Assembly: GCF_021869535.1 (NCBI RefSeq)
Contig: NW_026262582.1
Coordinates: forward strand, 33,542,001-33,606,000
Direction of reading: 5' to 3'
From: Mytilus californianus
Lineage: Eukaryota
Length of the DNA: 64,000 nucleotides
In this document: piece by piece, positions 1 through 12,300 of the stretch
Layout of the letters: each line of letters begins with the position of its first letter
How positions within the stretch are numbered: the stretch's first letter is position 1
The notes under the pieces: model-generated
Databases searched by the model: none
Seen by the model: the letters and a program-made list of their open reading frames with translations, nothing else
What the model was told of the DNA's origin: nothing
Translations under genes and position numbers: made by a program

Positions 1-2233
1 CACGAATGTTGTTTATATAACACATACACAATAAACATAAAAGAATAGCTTTATAAAGTGTATTTTAAATTAAGCTGCGAGAAGTACCCCTAATTAATCA
101 ATCTTTTTATCATATTAATCAGGGTAGCAGATACAATATGGAAATAATTTTAAAAATGATTGAAGGTGTCATTTTCATAACGGTCACGAATGTTGTTTAT
201 ATAACAATATCAATAAATTCCGCTTGTTGAAAATAGATTTCATTTTGATTTGAAAAGTTTTGATTTCTAACACTACCTTTCATTTAGAAATAAAGTTTAA
301 TTTAATTTGAGATATAGACAAATATCTGTCGCCTGAAAATCCGTTGTTCTAAATTGGCCCTGTTCAAATTCTATTGGTATATGTTAATGGATGGATTTCT
401 TTCTTAGAATCAGTTTTCCTTGAAATATTCGCAGAAGTTTTATTTTCGCGTTTCCACTCTTACCTCGAAAATAGCGAAAATAAAACTGTATCATTAAGCT
501 TTTGACGTTGGTTTAAATATTAAGTTAAGTTTATTAATTTCATGTCGGAACTATTTGCACCCTCTGATATATCATTCGCTTTTTACAACTTTCAACCATA
601 TACCCACCATTGAAAGATAATTTTTGAAGATTGATTTAACATTCTTCAGTCTGATTCTAAAAATATGCAAGTAACACATTTTTTAAATTTCGTGAAATCG
701 TACAAGGACTGTTATTTGAAAATTTAAAACCTAATCATAACCTTTTCATAAAACTTGAGTAGATTATCAAATTTTTATCATCGTGACTTCTGTATAAAAT
801 AGATTTTTCCTATTGCATTGAAATATGATTTTTGTAATATTGTATACTTTGAAAGTCGTTTAAACTTGTCTTTTGATATTAAATTTCACGTTTATCTAGA
901 TATGTTATGTTCAGACAAAAATAACGTTTGGTTTAGATTCTTCGCATTTATGTCCATTCAAAACTGCTTTGTAATGGTCATTTAATTTTTTAACAGATGC
1001 AGAAACACAAAAAATATTTGTAGCACGAGTCGGTGTAATATATTTGTTTTTGACTATTTGGGTAATTACTTGACAAACAACGTACAATGGAATTTTCAGA
1101 TTCACGACTTAGCTTTATCCTCTTTCAGACTATATTTGTCATTGTTTATAATTCTTTCAAACATTTGAATACAGGTAAACCCATGATAAATTTCAATAAC
1201 TGAATTCATAAAAAAAAGTACATTTTAAAAATTTTCCAACATTTCCGTTGAATGAATGTCAACGTTCTCATCATGCTGAGGAAATCTCTTTTATGGAACT
1301 GAATGAATATCTTTATAGTTCATAGCCAGCTACGACTTTTTGGAGTGAGGGCAGTGAATTTTATACTGTGTACATGTATAGGTAGAGTGCAGCAGTATTT
1401 TATCTAACTGAACCAAGACAACACCATTAATAAACATGAGTCCTTTGTTAACCTATTGCAAAGTCTAAACTTTCATCTTATCCATGTGTTTATCTTTGTT
1501 TATATGAAAGTCGATATTGTCAACCAACCATATGACTGTGACTAACACAACCAGAGACATGTTTTATTTTATATTACCACGGCCCTCATCATTCCCATGA
1601 GCAACACAACGTCTGGCCATTTATAGAACAAAAATCTTGTTTACCCGAGTTCATCCTGGATTTACGAAGGTTCGTGTTTCTTAATTTATAGCTATCTGTA
1701 TAATGTTCTGATGACTTTATTTCTTCTGCCTTTTGTATTACCAGACTGTCTTCGACTTAAATTTGATATTAACCGATCCAACAAGTCAGATTATGTGCAC
1801 ACAAAATGACTGAAATTCAGTTGTAGGTCATTAATGAAAGTTCTTTTAAGAAAATTCATGACACTGTAACTTATAAACTATGCTTGATATGCGGTTTGAG
1901 TTTTTTCTTATTGTTGACGACCTATGAGGGATCTATAGCCATAGCTAACTTCGACGTCATTTGATCTCTGTAAAAGAATTGTCTTATTTCCAATCATACC
2001 AAATCTTCTAATTTCTATATAAAATATTCAAATTAACAAATCATGACTGAGGGATGGGGCCAAATTATCTTCATATACATGAAATATGTTAATACTCCTA
2101 CCACTCGTGAACCCCCATAAACTTATTTTATCACAAACTAAAAAAAATTTGTTTTCGCAACCGATTCCGCTGTTAAAAACAGCACCTTAATCTCGCTTCG
2201 TCGAATTCGGCGAGTCGATACAAAAACTAATAT

Positions 2234-4670
2234 AACTAGATTAGCCATTGCAAGCAATAGCGTATGTCACCTTTCCCCTATTGCCACTAGATTGCAGCCA
2301 GTTTAAAAATTTTAAACAGTGACATACTGATGTCTATACGTCTTTTTATTATTTTTTAATACATTAAGTGGATTTACAAATTTTACGCATAATTTTTCCT
2401 TTTTTTGCCTTTTTTCCATGGTAACGGCAGCCATTTTGGAAATTCCAACGCTAATTGTCGTTCCCACACATGACAGTCAACATAATTAAGAAGTTTCATT
2501 AAGTTTAAAGCATTCTGAAAATTTTGAAATTTTTGCTCCTGTGTCCATGGTAACATAGTAGTTCCAATGATTGTCAAAATCATTCAAAACCTGAATATAA
2601 TGGACAACTATATTGTATAAAAATTTGATGATTTTAAGTTAAAGCATACCGAAATTATTCACCAAACCCTGAAGTTCTTGTAGCATTTTGACCTTTTTGC
2701 ATTGTTTCCATGATAACAACAGCCATTTTGGAAATTCCAACTCCAAATGCCACATTTTCCAATGTTGCTCATCGTTACTGTGAAGTTTCATTAAGTTTGG
2801 AACATTTTGATATTTTTGAAATTTTTGGTGTAGTTTCCATGGCAACATAGTAGTTCCAATGATTGCCAAAATCATCCAACACCAGTATATACTTGGCACC
2901 TACATTGTATTAAAATATAATGATTCTGAGTTTAAGCATATCCAAACACTTCACCAAAACCAAAAACTGGATTTTTTCACTCTTGTTCCGTTTCCATGAT
3001 AACGGCAGCCATCTTGAACCATTCCATGCTTCGTGCACAACTTCACATGGGGGTCCTCAATATAATAGAGTTCCATCAACATTGGTAAGAAAAATAATAA
3101 TAATAATAACTAGATTTGCCATTGCAAGCAATAGCGGATGTCACCCTTCCCCTTATCTCTTAGTGGCAGCCATTTCAAACATTTTAAACCGGGATGCTTA
3201 TATATGCATGGCTATACATGTTTCTGTAAATTTTCAGAACATTTAGAGCATTTTTAATCATTTAAAATTTATAAAGTTTTTGCAGTTTCCATCGCAACGG
3301 TGGCCATTTCGGAAATTCCAAGTTCAAAAGTCTCATCTAGACTTGCCAGTTAAGAATCATATTAAGTTTCATTGAGTTGGGAGCATTTTGTAATTTTTGG
3401 AAATTTTTTACATTTTTGCTGGTTTCCATGGTAACAGAGACCATTCCCAAAATTTAATGACAGGTGCTACATTGGTACATGGGAGGGAACATACCATTAA
3501 AATTTCAATGGATTTGACATACCATTTTAAGAAAGTAAATGCCACTTTTAGGTTTTTGGATCATATTGACCTGTTTTGCATAGTTTCCATGGTAACGGCA
3601 GACAATTTTTAAATTCTAACACCAAATTGCACATCTACCAATGTTGCTTATCATTACTGTAAAGTTTCATTAAGTTTTGAGCATTTTGATATTTTTGAAA
3701 TTTTTGGTGTAGTTTACATGGCAACATAGTAGTTCCAGTGATTGCCAAAATCATCCAAAACCAGTATATCGTGGGCACCTATATTGTGTTAAAATATCAT
3801 GATTCTAAGTTTATGCATATCCAAATAATCCACCAAACTCTAAAATTGGTTTTTTTTTTCACCTTTCTTTGGTTTCCATGGTGATGGCATCCATTTTTTA
3901 GTGCCAAAGTTGCACTGCAACTCGTAAGTCAGGGTTCCTTGTTATAGTGAACAACCATAAAGATTGGTGCATTAGGCTCTGAGAAAACTGCAGGACAAAA
4001 TAAGGTGGAAGAATAATAATAATAATAAAAAAAAGAAACGGAGGAAAAGCAATATGTCACCCAACATTGTCGATCGGGTGACATAAAAATAACTAGATTT
4101 GTAATTGCTAGCAATAACGGATGGCACCCTTCCCCCATTGCCAGGATAACGGCATCCATTTTGAAAATTCCAAAGTCAAAGAGTGCATCTACACATGCTG
4201 ATTAACTTTTTTGTAAAGTTTCAATAAGTTTTGAGCATTTTGAAATTTTTGTCATTTTTGCAGTTTCCATGGTAACGGCGGCCATTTTGAAAATTCCTAA
4301 GTCAAACTGCAAATCAGCACATGCCAGTTACCATTTTTGTGAAGTTTCTTTCCATTTGGGACACTTTGATTTTTTTGGCAATTTTGCTGTTTCCATGGAA
4401 GCGGCGGCCATCTTGAACCATTCCATACCAAGGTGCACAACTTTACATGGGGGTCCTCATTATAGTAAAGTTCCATCAACATTGGTCCATTAAATTCCGA
4501 GAAACATGACGGACAAAATGTGTGGAAGAAGAATAATAAAAATAAGAAAAAAAAAAGAAACGTAGAATAACAATACGTCACCCCAACTCCGTTGTGGGTG
4601 CCATAATAAGAAAAAAAAAGAAACGTAGAATAACAATATGTCACCCTAACTCCGTTGAGGGTGCCATAAT
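2234..4670 (+). mobile_element. Cluster of three HINE-like (non-autonomous Helentron-type) elements
   Basis: Three starts of the type aactagatt..ccattgcaagcaatagcg at 2234, 3108 and 4091 (the third is diverged). Internal 'gtttccatggyaac' core repeats, (AAT)n tracts, and 3' hairpins tatgtcaccc..gggtgacata at 4053-4085, about 4575-4605 and about 4637-4668. Confidence 0.75.
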
Positions 4671-4794
4671 TATTATTATTCTTATTGAACTTTTATAACA
4701 TGTGTCTTCCGACTGATGTCAACGTTGTCTAAAAGAGAACATTTGGTTTTGTTAAAAACATATACTGCATGATCTGGTGTTCAGATCAACAGGA

Positions 4795-5030
4795 CAAACG
4801 CTAAGCACGCGGTCTTTAGGGGTACGAGCAAAGACGTGTCTGCTGGAAGTCAGCAAAAATGTGTCCGAGCAATGTTATATGTATCTTTTCTGAACTAGCA
4901 TATTAAAAGTCTGCCTCAGCGTGTCGGTTAAAAGTAAGCAGGGTTTATAGTCACATCAGATTAATATGTTCTAGCCCTTTATATGCATTAAATTTGCCAC
5001 TAAACGCTAATTAATCATCCATCATCATCC
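4795..5030 (+). mobile_element. Decayed SINE body (Meta-domain-like)
   Basis: cgctaagcacgc..gagcaaagac..aatgtgtccgag and a catcatcatcc tail. It resembles a bivalve SINE from memory only. Confidence 0.35.
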
Positions 5031-5770
5031 TAATCAGACAATAGTTTTAAGTTGACTAAATGCTGAAAAGTATATTAAATGATGTTCAATAGCTAGTAGA
5101 TATATTTGTCTTTTGAAATACAACTGGCATATAAGGATTGTTCTGGTGCTATGTGAATAAGTATATTGGTTTCCAAGAGCTAAATTTGAAGCGCGTCATA
5201 CCTACAAAGGCTTCCATTTTTTATGATTGTGAAAATAAGCTGGCGTAATGGAAGATAATTTTGACGGAGTAGAATCCTGATTGATGCTTTGTATTTTTTC
5301 TATAAAGAAAGAAGTATGTTGAGCATTACAAACAATAATATAAAGATCATTCATGACTTGTTTTACAAAAATCATCAAAATATGTGTTGCGTTTTTTAAA
5401 TTCGTCAGTATATGTATATCAAGAATGCTTGTGGATAGGGTTAGACATATATACAGTTGGTTTTTTAGACTTTGTTTGCATTTGGTCGTTTTTCTGTTTT
5501 CGCCTTGGTATTGTAGGTGTTTACAACCTGATATATATATTTTTTATAATCCTTTTGGTATCTTATGTCTCTTTTTTATAATACAGACTCAGAAAATAAC
5601 ATAAACCACATACAAATAGGTATCAATAAATAAATCCATAATATTTTTAAGTTAATAGTGTATTATGTTCTGTATGTACAATTAAGTAGAAATATATAAT
5701 ATTTTTAAGTAGAAAATACACAATAAAACTACATTTTAGTATTGTTTAAAACACAAATATTATTATTAAT

Positions 5771-5850
5771 TTAATTCATGAAAGTTACAAAAATCTTGAA
5801 AGTAATATTATTAATTCATGAAAGTTACAAAAATCTTGGAAGTAATATTA
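5771..5850. repeat. 40-bp tandem duplication in the putative 3' UTR of the LRAT exon
   Basis: ttaattcatgaaagttacaaaaatcttg(a/g)aagtaatatta twice. Confidence 0.9.
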
Positions 5851-5902
5851 TGATGTTAACGTCTATAATTTTCTTAAGTATAAATGTCTGGGTCAGAACA
5901 AT

Positions 5903-6387
5903 TTATCTGTAGTTTCCTCCATTCTTGAGCACAATTTCATCTAATTTTATTTGGGCGTCTTCGTTAACATGTTTAGTTTGTTTTGAATAAACAATTCCTG
6001 TTGCACAATAGCGGGAAAAGCTTTCACAGTTGAAATGAAGTAGATGAAATCCTAACTCTTTTGGAAGACCATAATCTAGAAACATCTCTGCAACATCTGC
6101 TGGGTTATGACTATCATTTCTGGACTTCTCGAAATTATATTTGAAGACATCGGTCTCCTTTGTGAAGTCGATTACCTCTGAACATATTCCAGTATTCACG
6201 TTGCTTGAGATTGAAGAAATTAGATCTTTTGATGTCCCCGTCACATGAATTATTCTGAATCTGGAAGTATCTGGAATAATCTTTTCGACAATACCATGGT
6301 GTTTGTATTTGAATGGTCCAAGCTTTCTACGAAAACTAACGGCATCACCTCTACGAAGCTGGCCATTTGACGTCACAGTTTCTTTAT
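5903..6387 (-). CDS. Terminal exon encoding LRAT/HRASLS (PLAAT, permuted NlpC/P60) domain
   Basis: Motifs GDAV..YKHHGIV (H-box), IIHVT, NCESF (NC-box) and RYCATG..SKQ. The ORF-track 'M' at 6418 is a TTG. An acceptor ttttctatatatag|ATAAAG lies at 6388/6387 (phase 1). Stop TAA at 5905-5903. Confidence 0.85.
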
Positions 6388-9300
6388 CTATATATAGAAA
6401 ATCAAATACATTAATCAATTATCATAAATTAAGATGAACCTTGTTTTTACTCGCCTGTATGTTTTTGATATGCTCATTTTTTGTAAAGTTACTGGTTATT
6501 GAAGGTTCAAGTAATGGTTCTTAAATTTTCCTCCCCTAGGATTAGATTACGTAGCAATATTTGGCAAAACGTTTTGCAATTTTTGGTATGCAATGCTCTA
6601 TATCTTCAACTTTAGCCTTCTAGTTACACTGGTGAGTCTCATGTAAACGAATTGCACGTCCGATATCTTTGATCAGTTCTTTGATATCGTTTTTGCTCCA
6701 ATGATCGATTATTTTATCTTCATTCATTTCTTTTAATGTCCTTCGAGAACATTGCATGCAGTTGTTTTTCTATTTTTTTTTTTTTTTTTTTCGTTTGTTT
6801 CGAATCGATTTCGATATTGACTACTCAAATCCTCTTTCTGTAACATGTGTTAGGCAACTCAAACCTGATTTAAAGTACGACAAATCTTTCTTTGTAAAAG
6901 TAAGCAGTTCAAATTTCTCTAGTATGACCCTTATATTGTGTTTTATATCTCAGAACCGATAAGTCAGCGAGACAAAAGTACCATGAAAATTATATGGCAC
7001 AGATATCTCCGTCATGGAATTCTTAATATTCCAACAGACATACAACAGTACATAAAACACAATATAAAAAAACTAAAGACTGAGCAACACGAACCGACCC
7101 AAAAACTGGGGGTGTTCTCAGGTGATCCGGAATAAATAATTTTAATAATCTTAATGAATACGACGGTTCGAAACGCTTTCTTACAAATACAAACCTTTCC
7201 TCGATAGAAAGTGTGGTTGAAAACATGTAATGTGGTATTAATTTCAAATAACAAACTCCTAAACTTCCCATCCAAATTTAATACTTCGAGGAACCAAGTC
7301 TTCAATTCAAAATATTCAATTGTTTAAACTTAACATGAACACAGATAAGAAAACGTAAGGGATGCTTTAAAGTAAAGCTTGAGTAGTTAATCGTTGAAGT
7401 ATCCCTTAAACTGAATTAGAGGCGGTCTAAATAATAATGATTACTTATGTGCGTGCCATAGATTTTATATTTTAATATATATATTCTTAATATATTTCAT
7501 TAAATACCTGGAGGCCCACTTCCATTTTCTTCTTCCTGATCTTTTCGAAAGTATGAAAAAAGAAAATGAATATAATTATAATAAATATTAAAGATAATTG
7601 TAATTTCACAAGTCATAGATTGGATAAGCCGTTAACAACAACAGGTTTACATGATATCTTCGATAGCATTTTTTTTAGAAAAGTCCGCATAAAAGGATTG
7701 ACGGTGTGTGCGTTGTTATTTGTGGTTTCAATAGAATTATAATTAAGTTTGTGCTGCTGTCATAAATTTTAGTATTTGCATTTACACCAAAGATTGACGC
7801 CTGCAAAATTAGAATTTTTCTGAGATTAGCGATGCATAAAATGGTACAAACATACTACACTGTAGTTTCGTTGTTTTGATTATAGTTGACTGGATTAACT
7901 TCAACTGTGCAGAGTAAATCAAGAAATTGTCATTAAACAAAAGATTTAAATGACTTTCATTTCAAATGAAAAGCATAATAAAGTGAACGTGAACCCAAGT
8001 AGAAAAGGATAAAAGCTCGCGATAAGTAACACATGTTGATAGATTTTAAAGGAAGACAGAATAAAACGAAATGGATCATTTTATAGATACATCTACAAAA
8101 ACGTTACCAAATTCATGAGTACATCGCTCAACCTCCTGAGAAGTATTAACAGAACGTACAAAAGATTTAATTCCTATAGAAAATCTCTATTCTGAGATAA
8201 AAATTCTTAAAATATTTCTCAAAGTTCAACAAATAAAAGTAAGAAAAATTATGAAGAACCAGTTTGTTTCACTTTGATAAATGTAACCATGGTTTTTCAT
8301 ACTATCATCTGTATATACTTAATTATATATACGATAGATATAAATAAAATAGAAAATCGAACAACGTAAATTTACCACATGGTTAATCTTTCTTTTACCA
8401 ATGCATGATTTGTTTCATAATGTGATGGCCTCTATGTGTTTTGGTCTATACTTATTTTCGTAATATTTTGCAGTAACCATATTTCTATTCTTACATAGAC
8501 ATTTGTCAACGTAAGTAAAAAGTAAAATAACAACAATTCCGAACGCCAAGGAAAATGCAAAACAGTGAGTCCCTTACCAAATGGCAAAATTAAAAGCTCA
8601 AACACATCAAACAAATGAAAAACAACTGTTTCAGAAACATTTGGAATTCCGAAGAAATTATTTGATTACCCACTCGAGTTTAGCAGGGGAAATGGGCTAA
8701 TTTTTCCGGACAATATTATGTATCTCCTGGGCCGTCAGGTCAAGTGGATATAAAGTACATAAAGTATAGGAACTATGAAACTGTGAGCCCATATTCCCTG
8801 TGAATTCCGAAAAACAATTATACTCTACTGGAGTGTCCTGATATAAACATTATTTGCCATTCGTATCGTCTTCGTTCACAGGGGATATGGGCTCATAATC
8901 CCTGTAATTGTGAACAACTAAGTTGCAATATTAACCGGCATATTTCAATCCAGTATAATATATCTGTATATGGAACGAGTTACTTTTCTGATATCATTTA
9001 GCTGTAAGCTATATCATAATTGTTTGAGCCTTGATATATGTTGTCATAAATGTTCTTTTGTTATAATGGCCTTCATATTGAGTCATAACAGCATTGAAAG
9101 CTTGATGCATACTGCGAAACATCCAACAGGTATAAAGACTATGTATTTTTTTAAATTATTCGTGAGATTCTTCTCTAGCCGACATTCCACCGAATTATAA
9201 CTCATACTAAATCTTGAAATAAAGGTTATACTTTATTTTCTGACATTGATAATTCATTTTAAGCAAAAAATGGTGTTACCGCAAAAAATATGATGGTTTT

Positions 9301-12300
9301 TCTTTTCTCTATTTCTTCTCAATTTCTTCGATGGCGATTATCATAACGACTTTTCCCATGGTGATAACGATTCTCGGGTTGTTGTCAATAACACTTTTCT
9401 GCGAAATGTGTTATCCAAAGCCCGAAAAATCGTAAGCCTAAATCCATCAATCGGAAACACAAGTTCGAAATACTGATTGATTCAGTTGAGGATTATGCCA
9501 GGTAATGGGCTAAACGCCAGAAAAAATACATAGATACTCTTTTCGAATTAATTAATGCTGTGAGGTTGTTAATACGAATGAGAATTAAAAATTAATGAAT
9601 GGGTCTATGAATACCTATATTTAATCAATCTTCAGATACCCTAATGTTGCAAAACACCTGTTCTATCTCCATGACAAATATGGTGTTGTCCCCGCAAATA
9701 AACATGATAAAGCCCCAAACAACATCATTTCTGTGTGTAAATCACATAACATAAACTGCATGTAAATGAATTAGGTATTGATAATTCACTTGGAACCCAA
9801 CATATACTACATCGCACTTACCAGCGAGGAAATCCTGAATGATCATATGTCTGTTCTATGTTCCTTTGTAATTTCAACCAAAGACGAAGAACTGGATCTT
9901 CGTTCACTGTATTGGATACCTTAACTACATAAGTGTCCTTTCTAACAACGTTATATTGCTGGGTCTTCCAAGTGTTCTACGAAACCTCATTCTAAATTAT
10001 TAACATCAATTTTATCAGCAATCAAACCAGGCTTCAACGTAATTGTGAAACTCACTATTCTGGAGGTGGCGTGAATTAGATGTGGATACTAAACAAAATC
10101 CAAAGATCTTTTAAAGTACATTCAATCTAAGACTGTTTCCTCTTGCAATAGTATTAACACATTTGACTTTTCTACACAAGTATTTCGTATTCCAAACTAA
10201 GACTAAAATGAAAGAGTTGGTCCTGCTTTGTTTCATAAAAAAGAATGGATACACGTTTTTTGTCTTTGGGAGGGATAAATCGTTATTTGTAAAAAATCAC
10301 TCCGATTAAAAATAAAAATCTCGGAAACTGACATTATCAAGATGCTTGATTTCTTGATGGACAACATATTTGTCACGTTTGGAGGACTAGTTTTTAACAA
10401 ACAATCGGCATTCCCATTGGAACCAACTATGCTCATCTTCTTGCCGACTTGTTCCTTTATTCATATGAGGCTAACTTCATACAGGAACTTCTTAGGAAGA
10501 AAGAAATGAAGTAAGCAGTATCCTTTAACCTCACTATCCACTATATAGGTGATGATCTCTCTATGACAAAAGAGATTATTTTAGTTTCTCAATTGTAAAC
10601 TTCCCATTTCTATGTAGAAACATTCCAGCAGCACCTGCATACGGAGTATATATCTCCCAGCTGATACAATATTCCGACCTCGTAATTACAAGCCCGTCCC
10701 CTTTCCCCGAATGTGACCTACGGTATCAGATATAACACCGGAGTTGTACTATACTGAGCAACGTGACGGGTATCACATGTGGAGCAGGATCTGCTATCCT
10801 TTCCAGGGCACCTGAGATCGACCCCAACTTTTGGAGGGGTTCGTGTTGCTCAGTGTTTAGTTTTCTATGTTGTGTTTTGTATACTGTTGTTTGTTTTCCT
10901 CTTTCGTTTTAGCCATGGCGATGTCAGTTTATTTTTTGATAGTGATTTTGAATGTCCCTTTGGTATCCTTCGCCTCTCATTTGATACAATAAGGAAATAC
11001 ATGTAACCCACTTACACCCGTCCTTTTTGTATTAGTTGGGTCAAATCAGCAAATGTTGTAGCATTTTAATACCCCTTATACTTGAGTACCAGAATAAAAA
11101 GATTATTTCAAAAACGATTTGATTAATGAAATGTAACTTCAATTGATCTACCCTCAGTTATAATTTAAAAGTATTGCAATGAATATACGTTTAAAATAAC
11201 CAAATACATCGATCACTTCTTGAAATTGTTGTACCAGGTCAGGAATATGACAGTTGTTATCCATTCGTTTGATGTGTTTGAGCTTTTTTTATTTTGTCAT
11301 TTGATTACGGACTTTCCGTTTTTAATTTTCCTCGGAGTCCGATATTTTTGTTATTTTACTTTTTACATTAACTGTAAAATGATGCAAGGCAATAAAGTGC
11401 TTGGCACATGGTATAAATACTGGTCTTGTGATCTCGAGATTTCTGGTTTATTAAGTAATTTTCTTTTACACGAAAATACCTTTTTGTATTTCTTTTAATT
11501 ATTATTTTTTTACCAAGCTCTCCTCCATAAACCTACGATATGACGCAATTAATTTCACACTTTGTATTTGTGTCATAAAAACCTATATGGAACTCAACCT
11601 GTGAGTCGTATAATTTGGTGGGTACAGAGAAACCGAAAAACATTGATAGTGGATAAATACCGTTACCGTTATAGGTAGACGACAACATTTTTTTCATGAA
11701 CTTACCCTGGTACTTGTTACATTTGAACTGAAATTATTCAAGGACTCAATGAAAGGGTTATGGTCTCTTGAAAATTAATCGATATATGTTGGCCATCAAA
11801 ACTCAAAAACCGTAATTAGGAAATATTTGAGATTTTCAACATTCATCATTAATTCACGAACCTTTACAAATACCTCAAGGTAAAACCTTTTAATCGTATT
11901 GGGTGTAATCTCCGAAAATGTTATAGTAATGTTAAAAGTGAAAAAATATTTGAACTACTAAGTTGCGAATTTAATTTATTTTAGCTCACCCTGTTTGGCT
12001 TTCGGTAATGGGAATGACCCATAATAAAGATTTGTTGAAATGCATTTTTATATATCAGTCTTAAACCTAGACCCATTGGCCTTCAACGATGATAATCAAC
12101 TCATGACTGCGACCTTTGAAATTGTATTGTATATGTGCTCTTTTTCAAAAGTATGATAAAGAAAACGATTTGACCGGTCATCACTAACAAAAACTAAACG
12201 ATGTTCAGTTATGACAAGCAGTTCATACGGCCTTAATATTCAATTCATGGAAATGACCTTGCCAATCCAGTAGTACCCTTTTCAACAACAAAATAATATA

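Noticed and set aside
240-1110. Protein-looking minus-strand frame at the window start
   Set aside because: It has many stops and no recognisable motif, so no call can be supported.
2383-4644. ORF-track ORFs with repeated peptides (MILTIIGTTMLPW.. and others)
   Set aside because: They are translations of HINE core repeats.
6388-6418. ORF-track start of the LRAT ORF
   Set aside because: The start codon is TTG and the segment is a pyrimidine-rich splice acceptor, so it is intronic.
11706-11727. 22-nt minus-strand micro-exon candidate (cag|..CAGG|gtaagt)
   Set aside because: It has a TAA in phase 1 and its length would shift the frame.
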